From Bdellovibrionota bacterium (lineage in GTDB: Bacteria > Bdellovibrionota_G > JALEGL01 > DATDPG01): a stretch of DNA of 64,000 nt. Shown here piece after piece: positions 1 to 10,500 of the stretch (position 1 is the first letter of the stretch; each line of letters begins with the position of its first letter). The notes under the pieces are model-generated. The model saw only the letters and a program-made list of their open reading frames with translations, searched no databases and had not been told where the DNA came from. Location of the stretch: contig OY764265.1 in assembly GCA_963668355.1 (NCBI GenBank), forward strand, positions 736,001-800,000, read 5' to 3'. The position numbers were made by a program, and so were the translations under genes.

Positions 1-491
1 GCCACGCCATTTGCGTTGATGAAAATGATCAAATCCCCCACATGCGTTGAGCTTCCCCAAGAAAATTTTTCAACCTCCATCAAATACGCAATTCCAATCA
101 GGGAAATGAGAAAACCAAAAACCCTGCGCAACAACACTTTTTCAGCTCGAAAAAGCTTGGCATAGAACAAGGTAAGGATGGGAATCAGACCAAAAATCAC
201 GGATGCATGCGATGCGCTTGTTTTTCCGAGCCCATACACAAACAAAGACTGACACAAAACCACGCCTGAAAAAGCACCGAGAACCAGGCGCACTACATGA
301 CTTTTTTGAATTCGAACGTTGGGCCATTTTTTCCAAGCAAAAGGAACGAGAAAAACGAACGTGATCAAAACACGAAACAAAACAATCACACGAACATCCA
401 GAAACGCCACGAGATGTTTCATCACGACAAAACCAAACCCAAAAAGAGCGGCATATAGTATGATCCACGCGTTAATGATTCCCGGACTCAC
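1..491 (-). CDS. DMT/EamA-family transporter, runs off the window start
   Basis: Not in the ORF track because it has no stop in the window. Reading the minus strand from GTG at 491 gives MSPGIINAWIILYAALFGFGFVVMKHLVAFLDVRVIVLFRVLITF...CQSLFVYGLGKTSASHASVIFGLIPILT..., an EamA-type TM pattern open to position 1. Confidence 0.85.
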   Translation of the reverse strand, partial: MSPGIINAWIILYAALFGFGFVVMKHLVAFLDVRVIVLFRVLITFVFLVPFAWKKWPNVRIQKSHVVRLVLGAFSGVVLCQSLFVYGLGKTSASHASVIFGLIPILTLFYAKLFRAEKVLLRRVFGFLISLIGIAYLMEVEKFSWGSSTHVGDLIIFINANGV

Positions 492-511
492 GCTGAAGGA
501 GAATAGTCGCT

Positions 512-1093
512 TTGTTCATTCTGCCTAGTAGTTTCTTTGCAAAGAACGCCACACTCGTAGCGCCTAAACTTCTCGGAAAAACACTTTCCACACAGTTTCG
601 GGGGGTCATCACCTCGGGGCGGATTGTGGAGGTCGAGGCCTATCTTGGAAGCCAAGATCCGGCCTCTCATGCTTTCCGCGGACCCACTCCAAGAAATCAG
701 ATCATGTTCGAAGAAGGTGGTCACGCCTACGTCTACTTCACATATGGTTGTCACTTTTGCATGAACGTTGTGACTGGAGAAGCTGGAACGCCAAGCGCGG
801 TCCTGATTCGCGCGCTCGAACCTCTTCAAGGCATTGAAACCATGAAACGAAGAAGAAAAAATTCAGATCTTTTGAATTTGACATCTGGACCCGGAAAACT
901 TTGTCAGGCCCTGATGATTAAGCGAGAGCATAATGGTCTACGGCTGAATTCAAAAAAATTATGGATCAGCGATGAACAGGGCTCCAAAAAAACGCCCTAT
1001 GCTTCCTCCTCTCGAATCGGGATTCGAGAAGGCAAAGATTTGGCTTACCGATTTTTCGTACCTGACTCGCCGTATGTCTCAAAAACGCGATAA
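512..1093 (+). CDS. mpg: DNA-3-methyladenine glycosylase (AAG/MPG family)
   Basis: Motifs GRIVEVEAYLG, DPASHA, AYVYFTYG, AVLIRALEP, SGPGKLCQAL, RIGI. Confidence 0.95.
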   Translation: MFILPSSFFAKNATLVAPKLLGKTLSTQFRGVITSGRIVEVEAYLGSQDPASHAFRGPTPRNQIMFEEGGHAYVYFTYGCHFCMNVVTGEAGTPSAVLIRALEPLQGIETMKRRRKNSDLLNLTSGPGKLCQALMIKREHNGLRLNSKKLWISDEQGSKKTPYASSSRIGIREGKDLAYRFFVPDSPYVSKTR

Positions 1094-1989
1094 GCAGCCC
1101 CCAACAACCCCGCATCGTCCCCACACGCGGCTCTGATGATGGGCGTGTTTCTGCCGGGGTGCTTGGACAGGCGCTCCGAAAATTCTTGCAACAACGAGGG
1201 GTAGAACACTTCCCACGCCTGACTGACTTGTCCCCCTATCACAACCAAACTCGGATCAAAGACTTGAACCAAAGAACTCACACCTAGCCCCAAAGAACAT
1301 CCAAACTCTTCAAAAATCGTCCTTGAAGCGTCGTCACCCTTCATTGCACGATCATAAACATCTCGCGAAGCCGATCCTGTTCTACGCTCGATGTAACTTC
1401 CAGAGGCAAATGCTTCCAAACAACCCTTTGCACCACATCCACAAACAGGCCCCTGGGGATCAATCACGATATGTCCCAGCTCTCCAGCCAATCCGTGGGC
1501 CCCTTTCAAAAGTTTTCCTTCTTGGACCACGGCTCCCCCAACTCCTGTACCCAGCGTTAGGCAAACCATGACCTTTGCCCCTTTCCCGGCCCCTTTCCAA
1601 AATTCTCCCAAAGCAGCCATATTGGCATCATTCTCCGTCAAGAACGGTAGAGAACATTTTGCATTCAAATGCTCGTGGAGGTTGACTCGATTCCAGGTGG
1701 GAAAATTCGGTGAAGACGTTAAGAAACCAGACTCATGATCCATGAACCCCGGAACACCGATCCCCACGCCTATAACGGATCCAGAAACCTCCTCACAAAG
1801 GTCTTCACATAACTGGGCAATCTGATCGAGAACTTTGGAAAGATCTCGAGATTCATCCGTTGCCACACGTTTTCGGTGCAACAAACGACCTTCACCGTCA
1901 ATCACGGCTCCCCTTAAATTATGCCCCCCTAGATCAACCCCAAGTGCGAACGGGCTCCTTTGTTTTTCTTTAGGAACGACCATAGTCAT
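1045..1989 (-). CDS. glk: ROK-family sugar kinase (glucokinase)
   Basis: GVDLGG, ENDANMAALGE, TLGTGVGG, GELGH, CGCGAKGCLE zinc motif. Start taken at ATG 1989 (1983 also possible). Confidence 0.9.
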   Translation of the reverse strand: MTMVVPKEKQRSPFALGVDLGGHNLRGAVIDGEGRLLHRKRVATDESRDLSKVLDQIAQLCEDLCEEVSGSVIGVGIGVPGFMDHESGFLTSSPNFPTWNRVNLHEHLNAKCSLPFLTENDANMAALGEFWKGAGKGAKVMVCLTLGTGVGGAVVQEGKLLKGAHGLAGELGHIVIDPQGPVCGCGAKGCLEAFASGSYIERRTGSASRDVYDRAMKGDDASRTIFEEFGCSLGLGVSSLVQVFDPSLVVIGGQVSQAWEVFYPSLLQEFSERLSKHPGRNTPIIRAACGDDAGLLGAAYRVFETYGESGTKNR

Positions 1990-2329
1990 CGTGAAGACGC
2001 GTGTTATCGTCTTCTCCAAAATAGCTCCCCGTTTGAACTTCTACAAAAACAAGGGGATCCGATCCCACATTTTTGATTCGATGAGACATCCCTTTTGGAA
2101 TGTCAATGGAGTTTCCTTCAACCAATTTCTGTTCACGGTCATCCAACGTAATGAGGGCTTGTCCATGAACGACATACCAATGCTCGCTTCTTTTTTCATG
2201 ACGTTGATAACTCATTCGATGTCCCGGATGAACCGTAATTCGCTTTATTTTGTAGGTAGGTGCCTCCAACAGCACCTCCCAGGTCCCCCATGGGGTTTCG
2301 CTCTTCACTTCGTTCTGCTTCATTTCCAT
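1970..2329 (-). CDS. Cupin protein, mannose-6-phosphate isomerase type II C-terminal-like
   Basis: PWGTWEVL, KRITVHPGHRMSYQRHEKRSEHW, VEVQTGSYFGEDD. Start trimmed to ATG 2329. Confidence 0.9.
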   Translation of the reverse strand: MEMKQNEVKSETPWGTWEVLLEAPTYKIKRITVHPGHRMSYQRHEKRSEHWYVVHGQALITLDDREQKLVEGNSIDIPKGMSHRIKNVGSDPLVFVEVQTGSYFGEDDNTRLHDDYGRS

Positions 2330-2447
2330 ATAATATCCATATCTTACAACCTTACAACGCGAGAAAACAAAAAACGCCCGTACTCCCTGGTTTACGCCGA
2401 ACAGATGGACGGTATACTTTCCCGAAACCATCGAGAGGACCGAATGA

Positions 2448-4046
2448 ATGAAAGCTCAAATTGAAACCATCCAAAAACATGTGGAGAAACAAAAACAACG
2501 ATTTGAACAGGAACATTTTTGGGATCGATTTTTGAGTCATGATCCCACCCTTTGGACCTCCGATTCAAGCCAGCACGCGGAAATTCGAAACCGCCTGGGT
2601 TGGTTTTCCCTGCTTCCCAAAATGAAAGAACACCTCTCCGAGCTGAAAGCTTTCGGAAAAGATGTGGCGGCCGAGGGTTTCAAACATGTGGTCCTCCTTG
2701 GGATGGGGGGCTCCAGCCTCTGCCCAGACGTTCTACAAACCACCTTCGGTTCGTCCGAAAGCCACCCTACGCTGATTGTCTTGGACTCCACGGACCCTGA
2801 AAAAATATTGGAAGTTCAGGAAATTTTGAGTTTGGAAAAAACGCTTTTTATTGTGGCTTCCAAATCCGGTGGCACGATTGAGGTTCAATCCCTTTTCCGT
2901 CATTTCTTCAATCTTCTTCCCAAAGGACAAAATTTTGTCGCCATCACGGACTCCGGAACCGTTCTTGAAAAACAAGCACAAGAACATGAATTCCGAAAAA
3001 CGTTCATCAATCCAAGTGATATTGGTGGACGTTACTCGGCGCTTTCCCTTTTTGGATTGGTTCCAGCTGCTGCCATTGGCATGGACCTAGACCGCTGGTT
3101 GGATTCAGCTATTCAATATGCAAACAACCCTCAGACCGCCATCGACTTAGGCATCATTCTCGGGGAAGCGGCCAAAGCCGGAAAAGACAAGCTCACGCTT
3201 TTGCTAAGCCCCGAGTTAAGTTCGTTGGGAGCATGGATCGAACAACTGGTTGCGGAAAGTACAGGAAAAGACGGAAAGGGCATTGTCCCCATTGACTTGG
3301 AACCCTTAGATCCTGGAACTCACTTCAGTGACGACCGAGTCTTTTGCAAAATATCTTTGGCCAACGCTCCCCACGGAGAACTGGACGAAACGGCCCAACG
3401 AATTGAAGCTCAAAGACACCCTATTTTGAAAAGGGAACTGAAGGACATTTATGATCTCAGCGGAGAATTTTTTCATTGGGAATTGGCCACAGCCGTCGCA
3501 GGATTCGTTTTGGAAATCAATCCCTTCGACCAACCCAATGTCCAAGAAAGCAAAACGCTTACCGGCGAAATTTTAAAGGAGTTTGAAGAAGGGAAGGATC
3601 TTTCAAGCGAGACCGAGGTTACAGATCACGAACTCACTGCATTTTTCAAGAATGTTGGGGAAGGAGATTACATCGGACTACTCGCCTATTTGCCTCAAAA
3701 TGAACGCACCTTTCGTCACTTGCAAGATCTTCGAAACATGCTTTTAGACCATTTCGAATGTGCCACAACCCTCGGGTTCGGCCCTCGTTTTCTTCACTCC
3801 ACGGGTCAACTGCACAAAGGTGGCAAAAAAAATGGCGTCTTTCTTCAAATTACGGCCGACAAAGAAAACGATCTTTCCATTCCTGAAGTTCGTTATTCCT
3901 TTGGAAAGCTTCAACAAGCTCAGGCCGAAGGCGATCTAAGGGCGCTCAAAAAGCATGGGAGACGAGCCCTTCGGATTCACCTGTCCAATTCAAGTTCTGA
4001 GGAATTGCAATCGCTAAAACGTCGGATCGAAAAAAGTTTAAAATAA
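2448..4046 (+). CDS. pgi: Glucose-6-phosphate isomerase (type seen in Tal-Pgi fusions)
   Basis: GMGGSSL, ASKSGGTIE, DIGGRYSALS, EQLVAESTGK, NPFDQPNVQESK, GPRFLHSTGQLHKGG. Confidence 0.92.
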   Translation: MKAQIETIQKHVEKQKQRFEQEHFWDRFLSHDPTLWTSDSSQHAEIRNRLGWFSLLPKMKEHLSELKAFGKDVAAEGFKHVVLLGMGGSSLCPDVLQTTFGSSESHPTLIVLDSTDPEKILEVQEILSLEKTLFIVASKSGGTIEVQSLFRHFFNLLPKGQNFVAITDSGTVLEKQAQEHEFRKTFINPSDIGGRYSALSLFGLVPAAAIGMDLDRWLDSAIQYANNPQTAIDLGIILGEAAKAGKDKLTLLLSPELSSLGAWIEQLVAESTGKDGKGIVPIDLEPLDPGTHFSDDRVFCKISLANAPHGELDETAQRIEAQRHPILKRELKDIYDLSGEFFHWELATAVAGFVLEINPFDQPNVQESKTLTGEILKEFEEGKDLSSETEVTDHELTAFFKNVGEGDYIGLLAYLPQNERTFRHLQDLRNMLLDHFECATTLGFGPRFLHSTGQLHKGGKKNGVFLQITADKENDLSIPEVRYSFGKLQQAQAEGDLRALKKHGRRALRIHLSNSSSEELQSLKRRIEKSLK

Positions 4047-4057
4047 AGAGCGTGGGA

Positions 4058-4582
4058 CTATTCAAGCTGGCGCGAAATATACAGACCGCCCGCACCAAAA
4101 ATATCTCCCGTAGTTGAATCAATGCCGGCGATTCGTTCAAAAATCGACGTTTCATTGTCCGCATCCAGATCCCCTTCAGCCCGAGCTGTAAATCGCGCGT
4201 GAATATCGGTACCGGTCGCTTCCGCCGTATACCGATACAAAACGGGGCCATCCATGCTGAATTTCAAATACACCCATCCCTCTTCCGTCCAGTCCCCCAG
4301 CGTCTTCTCCGTGGGAACCGTTGTGGGCTGAGGTCCTGCAGAAAGAAATTGCGAAGACACCCGATTGCCTTCCCGATCGACATGGTCGATATCAAAATAG
4401 GCAATTTGGCCATCATAAATTTTACGAAGATTGGTCAGGGCCTCTGAGGTACGCGCGCGACGAATATACTTCTGAAAGGCCGGCAAGGCGACGGCAGCCA
4501 GAATGCCAATGATGGCCACCACGATCATGAGTTCAATCAACGTGAACCCTTGAAATTTGCACCCTTTTCTTTTTCTCCCCAT
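4058..4582 (-). CDS. pilA: Type IV pilin with class III signal peptide
   Basis: Basic leader, then [37 protein letters not shown]. Major-pilin status is an inference. Confidence 0.85.
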   Translation of the reverse strand: MGRKRKGCKFQGFTLIELMIVVAIIGILAAVALPAFQKYIRRARTSEALTNLRKIYDGQIAYFDIDHVDREGNRVSSQFLSAGPQPTTVPTEKTLGDWTEEGWVYLKFSMDGPVLYRYTAEATGTDIHARFTARAEGDLDADNETSIFERIAGIDSTTGDIFGAGGLYISRQLE

Positions 4583-4639
4583 GCTCGTTTTCCCTTTACA
4601 TTCGCCAAGCCCTTGATGTATCCATCCGCCCTACTTTGT

Positions 4640-4716
4640 GCGCCCCTAGCTCAGCTGGATAGAGCGCCAGACTACGAATCTGGAGGTCGGGTGTTCGAAT
4701 CACCCGGGGCGCGCCA
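4640..4716 (+). tRNA. tRNA-Arg(ACG)
   Basis: GCGCCCC/GGGGCGC acceptor stem, anticodon arm CCAGA-CTACGAA-TCTGG, T-loop GTTCGAATC, encoded CCA. Confidence 0.97.
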
Positions 4717-4747
4717 CTGACCCAGCCTTAATATAGTTAACCTCAGG

Positions 4748-5248
4748 ATGAGCGAGAAAACCAGTATTTCTGACTTAAGTGACTCATATTACATGGGAAT
4801 CGCTCTAACGTTTGCCCAAAAGGCCTTTCAAAATGACGAGGTCCCCGTGGGCGCCATTCTGGTCTGCAATGGCGAGATTTATTCGTCAGCAGGCAATGAG
4901 CGTGAGAACACCTTTGATCCCACGGCCCACGCTGAAATCCTTGCGATTCGGCACGCTTCCGAGCGCCTTGAAAGCTGGCGACTTCCAGGAGCCACCCTAT
5001 ACGTAACAACCGAGCCATGCCTCCTGTGCACAGGAGCCATTTACCTCGCTCGAATTCGGAGAGTCGTCTTCGGTTGCCGAAACCCCAAAGGAGGAGCTCT
5101 GGAGTTCATTTCCTCCCGAGAGAAAGAATTGAAACTCAACCACCATTTGGAAATCGAAGCTGGAATCCGAGAACTGGAATGTGCCAAACTCCTCAAAGAC
5201 TTCTTTCAGGCCAAGAGACGACCAAAATCCCCCCCAGATCTTGCCTAG
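4748..5248 (+). CDS. tadA: tRNA adenosine(34) deaminase
   Basis: EVPVGA, DPTAHAE, TLYVTTEPCLLC, NPKGGA, LNH. Confidence 0.93.
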   Translation: MSEKTSISDLSDSYYMGIALTFAQKAFQNDEVPVGAILVCNGEIYSSAGNERENTFDPTAHAEILAIRHASERLESWRLPGATLYVTTEPCLLCTGAIYLARIRRVVFGCRNPKGGALEFISSREKELKLNHHLEIEAGIRELECAKLLKDFFQAKRRPKSPPDLA

Positions 5249-5308
5249 GACTTTTCTTCAGATACGTGAGCGTGTATACAAACTAACCCGAAACCTAAAT
5301 CATGAGAC

Positions 5309-5403
5309 GGAGAGGTGGCCGAGCGGTTGAAGGCGCCTGACTCGAAATCAGGTGTACGGGTCGAAAGTCCGTACCGGGGGTTCGAATCCCTTCCTCTCCG
5401 CCA
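5309..5403 (+). tRNA. tRNA-Ser(CGA)
   Basis: GGAGAGG acceptor stem, anticodon arm CCTGA-CTCGAAA-TCAGG, long variable arm, GGTTCGAATCC, CCA end. Confidence 0.96.
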
Positions 5404-5410
5404 AAGAAAA

Positions 5411-5440
5411 GCCCGTCACGAAAGTGGCGGGTTTTTCTTT
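5411..5440 (+). terminator. Intrinsic terminator after tRNA-Ser
   Basis: GCCCGTCAC-GAAA-GTGGCGGGT followed by TTTTCTTT. Confidence 0.8.
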
Positions 5441-5535
5441 GGTCGGAGAGATTTCACAAAAAACAAATTTGACGGGGGCCCACCGAAGGTGGGCAGACAA
5501 ATTTACTCCCTAGGGAACTATGACCGAGAGGTCAT

Positions 5536-5554
5536 GAATCCCTTCCTCTCCGCC
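5536..5554 (+). repeat. 19-bp exact copy of the tRNA-Ser 3' end (att-like)
   Basis: GAATCCCTTCCTCTCCGCC, identical to 5384-5402. Confidence 0.85.
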
Positions 5555-5564
5555 CTAAAAAAAG

Positions 5565-5589
5565 ACCCGCCTTGTGCGGGTGTTTTTTT
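5565..5589 (+). terminator. Second terminator, following the duplicated tRNA end
   Basis: ACCCGC-CTTGT-GCGGGT followed by a T-tract. Confidence 0.7.
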
Positions 5590-5939
5590 ATGGTTGAGTG
5601 GGCAGGGTGAGAACCTCTGTGCCGTAGGCAGGTTCGAACCTGCCTTTAGCAATGAGGGACAGTCGACGCTATCCAGTTTAAGAAATTAGATACAGTCGGG
5701 CGTCCCCGGATTTGAGAAAGACATCGCGGCCATCGTGCCAAACCCAAGTGTCTTGAATTGCCAAATATCGCTTCTTGAAAGGATCCGAATTTCGAACACC
5801 AAACCCGTTTTCCTACGCTCTGGTTGTACCTTTCAAAATGGGGATGGCGTCCCCCGATTTTGAAAAGTATTCGTTACCTTTTGGTACTGTAGAACTGGAG
5901 GGTCCTGACCGTCGAGTGTTTTCATCTCAACAGTTCTTC

Positions 5940-7334
5940 CTAACTCTCTCGCTTGAAAAGCCCAGGCTTTTCCACATGAAGTTCAAACAAGCGGTTGGTT
6001 TGATACCTCCTATATCGTTTCACAAAGAGTTCCACCTTGGATTGTCCCTTTTTCAAATTCTTGAGCATTCTTACCAAATCGTCGATCGAGTTTACAGTCT
6101 GCCCATTAACCGCCCTAATCACATCGTTGGCACTCAATCCGGCCAATTCAGCCTGGCTACCTGACTCGACATGGGCCACCAATACACCTTCTGGCGGGGC
6201 CCCAAAATCTTCTCGAAATCGAACCGTGACATGATGTGCAAGCATTCCTGAAACGCTCGCATAACGCGTCACGCGGTCTGAAGACAAGTTTTGTACGGAA
6301 ACCGAAAATTTCTTGAGAACAAATTTTGCACCTTCTCGCCGCAACACTTCCAATGACACGGATGTTCCTACAGCCTTTTGTAACGCCGTTTCATAAATGT
6401 TGAGAGTCTGGATCTTTTCGCCATTCAAACGAACCAGCAAATCTCCAGGTTGTATCCCAGCCAAGGCGGTCGGACCCCCAGACGTCACGGCCAGAACGAC
6501 AAGATACTCGTCTGCCTTGGCAACAAGATCCTTAACTTGCTTCAGACCATAATTGGCCGTGGCTCTCTGCTCGGGAATGGAGTCCACCAGCAAGCCGATC
6601 CATGCAACTTTGGGTTCCACAGCACCTTGAACAAGTTGTCCGATTCGAGCCTTGATCTCGTTTGTTTTTAACGCAAAACCCAAACCAGGAATTTGTTTTC
6701 CATCATCGTCGTTCCAAACAAAGGTGTTAATTCCGATGACTTTTCCTGATTTGAGATCAATCAGAGGACCCCCGCTATTTCCTCCGCTAATGGCCGCGTC
6801 TGTTTGAAAAAATTCGCCTAAAAATTTTCCGTCTCGATCTCGGCGATCCGTAGCAGACACAATTCCCCTAGAGGCACTAAAAGAAAACATAGAAGGATTT
6901 CCAAATGTACCTACGGGATGCCCTTGTTCGATGTCATCTGAATCCCCAAATTCCGCCGCTTGTAACAATTCGTTTCCTTTTGGAATTTGGACTTTCAATA
7001 CAGCCAAATCATATTTGGGATCCACATAGACAATATTCGCCTTATATTCTTTCTGATTGTGAAAACGAACCTTCGTACCACCTGTTCCCTCTTGCGCCAC
7101 ATGACGATTGGTGACCACCAGTCCCTGCTCCGCGTCTACTATGAAACCCGACCCATTTCGATAGCCCGCCTTGCTTCCATAGAAGGGCAAGCGAGTCACG
7201 TGCTCAACAAAAACCGTAAATTCAGAGGCATGTTTAAACACATCCGCTTCAGATAAACTTTCGGCCCAAACAGCCGGAGACGAGAAGGTCACACTTAGCC
7301 ACATCACACATAAACCCAGATAGAAACGCATCAT
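5940..7334 (-). CDS. Trypsin-like serine protease with two PDZ domains (HtrA/DegP-like)
   Basis: Signal peptide; triad motifs TNRHV, DLAVL and QTDAAISGGNSGGPL; two PDZ-like repeats (AGIQPGD, AGLSAND). Confidence 0.9.
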   Translation of the reverse strand: MMRFYLGLCVMWLSVTFSSPAVWAESLSEADVFKHASEFTVFVEHVTRLPFYGSKAGYRNGSGFIVDAEQGLVVTNRHVAQEGTGGTKVRFHNQKEYKANIVYVDPKYDLAVLKVQIPKGNELLQAAEFGDSDDIEQGHPVGTFGNPSMFSFSASRGIVSATDRRDRDGKFLGEFFQTDAAISGGNSGGPLIDLKSGKVIGINTFVWNDDDGKQIPGLGFALKTNEIKARIGQLVQGAVEPKVAWIGLLVDSIPEQRATANYGLKQVKDLVAKADEYLVVLAVTSGGPTALAGIQPGDLLVRLNGEKIQTLNIYETALQKAVGTSVSLEVLRREGAKFVLKKFSVSVQNLSSDRVTRYASVSGMLAHHVTVRFREDFGAPPEGVLVAHVESGSQAELAGLSANDVIRAVNGQTVNSIDDLVRMLKNLKKGQSKVELFVKRYRRYQTNRLFELHVEKPGLFKRES

Positions 7335-7385
7335 GACGTAGGGTATTAACACTTCCTAGACCTGCATCAAAGATTTGACTACACT

Positions 7386-7450
7386 AGCCTGCTTTACCCA
7401 ATCCGGTGGCCCCGTGGCCCGCTCCTCACTCGTCGGCTGTCCCAAATGTC
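7386..7450 (-). repeat. IS91/ISCR-like transposase tail fragment, copy 1
   Basis: Reverse complement matches 12679-12743 at 52 of 65 positions by hand alignment and encodes HLGQPTSEERATGPPDW. Confidence 0.6.
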
Positions 7451-7545
7451 GACCATACATATACCGTCATCACCACTACCGAGGTCCCTACTCATGGCGC
7501 ATAAGCCTGAATCATGCTATAGGAAGTGCTTTTAGGTGAAGAGTT

Positions 7546-10500
7546 ATGTTTCTACGTGACAAACCAGAATCAAATGATATCCGATTCGGCCACACCGTAG
7601 TTGCTGAGTGGCTTGCCGACGAAATTTCGAAATTTGAACCTCCATACCGAGTCGCCCTTACTGGAGGATTAGGTACCGGAAAATCTACAATTCTGAAAAA
7701 TGCATTAAAAGAGGCTTGGAAAAAGCAGGTCTGCCTATGTCGATGTATGGAAACTGGACAAGGAGTCTGTAAGGCGAAGTGCAATAATTAAGATCGCGAA
7801 GGATTTACGTCCTAGCGATTACAAAACGATTAGGGAAATCAAGGAAAGCGTGTATGGCGCTCGCGTAGAAAATGCCAAACCAAAGTTATTTTCCATTTAC
7901 TGGAATTGGCCCGGTTTTTTCTTTTCTTTATTCATTGGCGTCATAGTTTACCTTTTGGCGTTAAAGAGCTTTGACTTGGTTATTTCAAATGCTGACAAAA
8001 GCATAGATCCAACTAAACACGTATTATCATTTGCTTTCGGTCTCTTAGGGTTTTTATTTAAATTACTAGATAAATCCATCATTAACATACAACGAACCAT
8101 CACTAAGTTACCCTTGGTTGGGGCCGAGGAGTTTGAGGAGTGCTTGCAAGCGATTTTAAGCAAGCCTAAATTAATTAAAGAAAAAATAATTATCGTTTTC
8201 GACAACATTGATCGCGCGCCCCCCTCCTCCGCTCAAGCAATATTAGCAGGAATATCAGCATTCTTTGACAGCCAAGGTGCTGTTAACAACAATGTAATCA
8301 TAGTAGTTCCATTTGACCCGAATGCCCTTCGGAATGAATTTCAGGGAGAAAAACCTCTTCTCAATGATTGCGAAAAAATGTTTGACTCTATTATTTCGCT
8401 CCCAAAGCTTATCCTTGAAGATCTCTCCGACTTTGCATATGACAAGCTAAATTTTGTATTGGAACAGTTCTCTTATAGGGAGGAACAACTCAAAGACCTT
8501 GCATACTTAATTTCCTTCAGTCCCTACAAAAGCCAGAGAGAAATTATGCACCAGATTAATCAACTTGCTAGTAAATTGAGACTCGCTCAAACTCTTGAAA
8601 ATACGCATGACAGTAGGTTAATTACGAAAGCGACGCTCCTTCCCCCAAAAACAATTACTAATCATCCAGTAACGCTACTCAAGCTTCTGATCTGCGAAAA
8701 AATTTATCCCGGCTATACCGAACACGTAGTGAAAAGTGGCCAAAACCTGGATAAGGTATTTAAATTAGATAAGGATTTTTCTCTTCCAGAGAATTTGACT
8801 GCTGTTACTGAAGAGTGTTTGAAAGAGTTTTTGCAAGCAACGTCAGGAATTCCAAAGGACCCTCCACAGTCCGCCTCGCCATTTCTTTATATGAAAGGCC
8901 CGGATCAAGTACTTGCCATTCCATCTGGCGACGTAATTAGCTCCGCTTTGTATATGGGAGATGACAAAAAGCTAAATGAAGTTTTATTTCAGGATGGCAA
9001 CAAAGTTGTGTCCGACAAGGACATTACAAGTGTGGTCAAATACCATCGCGAAAAATATGCAAAAAATCCTCAAGCACTAAAAAATGCCGTACGCGCTTTG
9101 ATGGGAGGGCTTGCAACCTTACAAAAAGTCGATAAGTCTTTAAGCATTGAGCTTTGCGAAATCATTCTCCTCGCATCAGATGTGTTAAAAACTATTTTTC
9201 CAGGACGGTTGGCCAACTTGACTAATGACTTTTTGGAGACAAACGCCGTTAATCAAGTTTGGCAAAAAATGGACGCTGAATTTAAGGACAGTCTTAAAGC
9301 TGAGGACCTTGAGCAGTCCGACACCCTACGCTGGGCTTCAGAGTATTTCAAAACTATCATTAAGCAGAACGATGGCATCGAGAGATCGGGTTTGCGCGAC
9401 ATTAAGGTGCCACTTGCCGTAATGACCCAAGAAGATGTCGTTAACGCATTAGGTGAAGACTATCCTGGAACCTATCTTTCTACAAAAGACATCTTACTTG
9501 GTGTTAAGAACTCATTGACTGAAACTGACATTAAAAAAAGTCAGGCTTACCGTAGTATTGTTTTTAATTCATTTTCTAGCTGTAAAGATGTTGATGGAGC
9601 AGAGCCGCTATACAAAGACATCGCGGAACTTTGGCAAAAAAGTTTTGTAACTTGGGTCACGTCGAAGGATGACAAGCAAGATGCCGAGAAATTGTCTGCA
9701 ATAATTGCGTGCTGGCCTTCAAAGAGCGAAAAGGCAAAGACGTTCCTCGCTCAAACTCGGGCACAATTTATAGCTAATGCAACACACAACAACAACAAAT
9801 CAAATGCTGGCTTTTCCCATGACGTACTCGATGTTTGTGTTGCATTTTACATGACAGACCTACCGGTCGACACTAATTTAAATGCTATAACTCATCAAGC
9901 GTTGACTTTTATAGACGCTACCGGTTTAGCAAAACTTAGGGACAGATACCTTGATCAAAATGAAATTTGGGAGACTTTACTGCCTCACGCAAAGAATCAA
10001 CTGATTAAGGCGATAGACAAAAATAAGTATTATGATGGAGTTCTTGTAAAAGATTCTTCGATTGTAAAGAGCCTCGCTAGCCAATTTACATCTCTTACTA
10101 ATAAAGACGTTTTTTTGGCGACGCTCTTAGCTAGCGCGAATACTTTCGATATTGCCGATGCGCTTGTAACGTTTTCCTCTGCTACCGAAAATGAAGCGAG
10201 GGTTACGTTGCTTTCGTTATATGGAAGGTATGAAATTGACGAGGACAAAATTAGCGCGTTGGTCGAAGGCTTCATTGCAAAACCCGACAAGTCAAATTCG
10301 TCGCTAATCGAAGCTGTAGGAAAAGAACATGCCACCCTAAAACTTAGTTTTTCAAATTTCGCAATCAGCGAATTGACCTTGGCGGAGAGTGATTGGACAG
10401 AGAAAGAATGTGACGAATTTGAATGGGTGCATCCAGGAGCTAGCGACGTAACTGACGCCACCCTTAAAGATCTAATAGATAGAGCGATTGACCGAGGATT

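Noticed and set aside
142..468. 108-aa minus-strand ORF in the track
   Set aside because: Wrong frame; the overlapping frame starting at 491 encodes a clear EamA transporter.
5315..5689. 124-aa ORF
   Set aside because: It is a translation of tRNA-Ser and its terminators.
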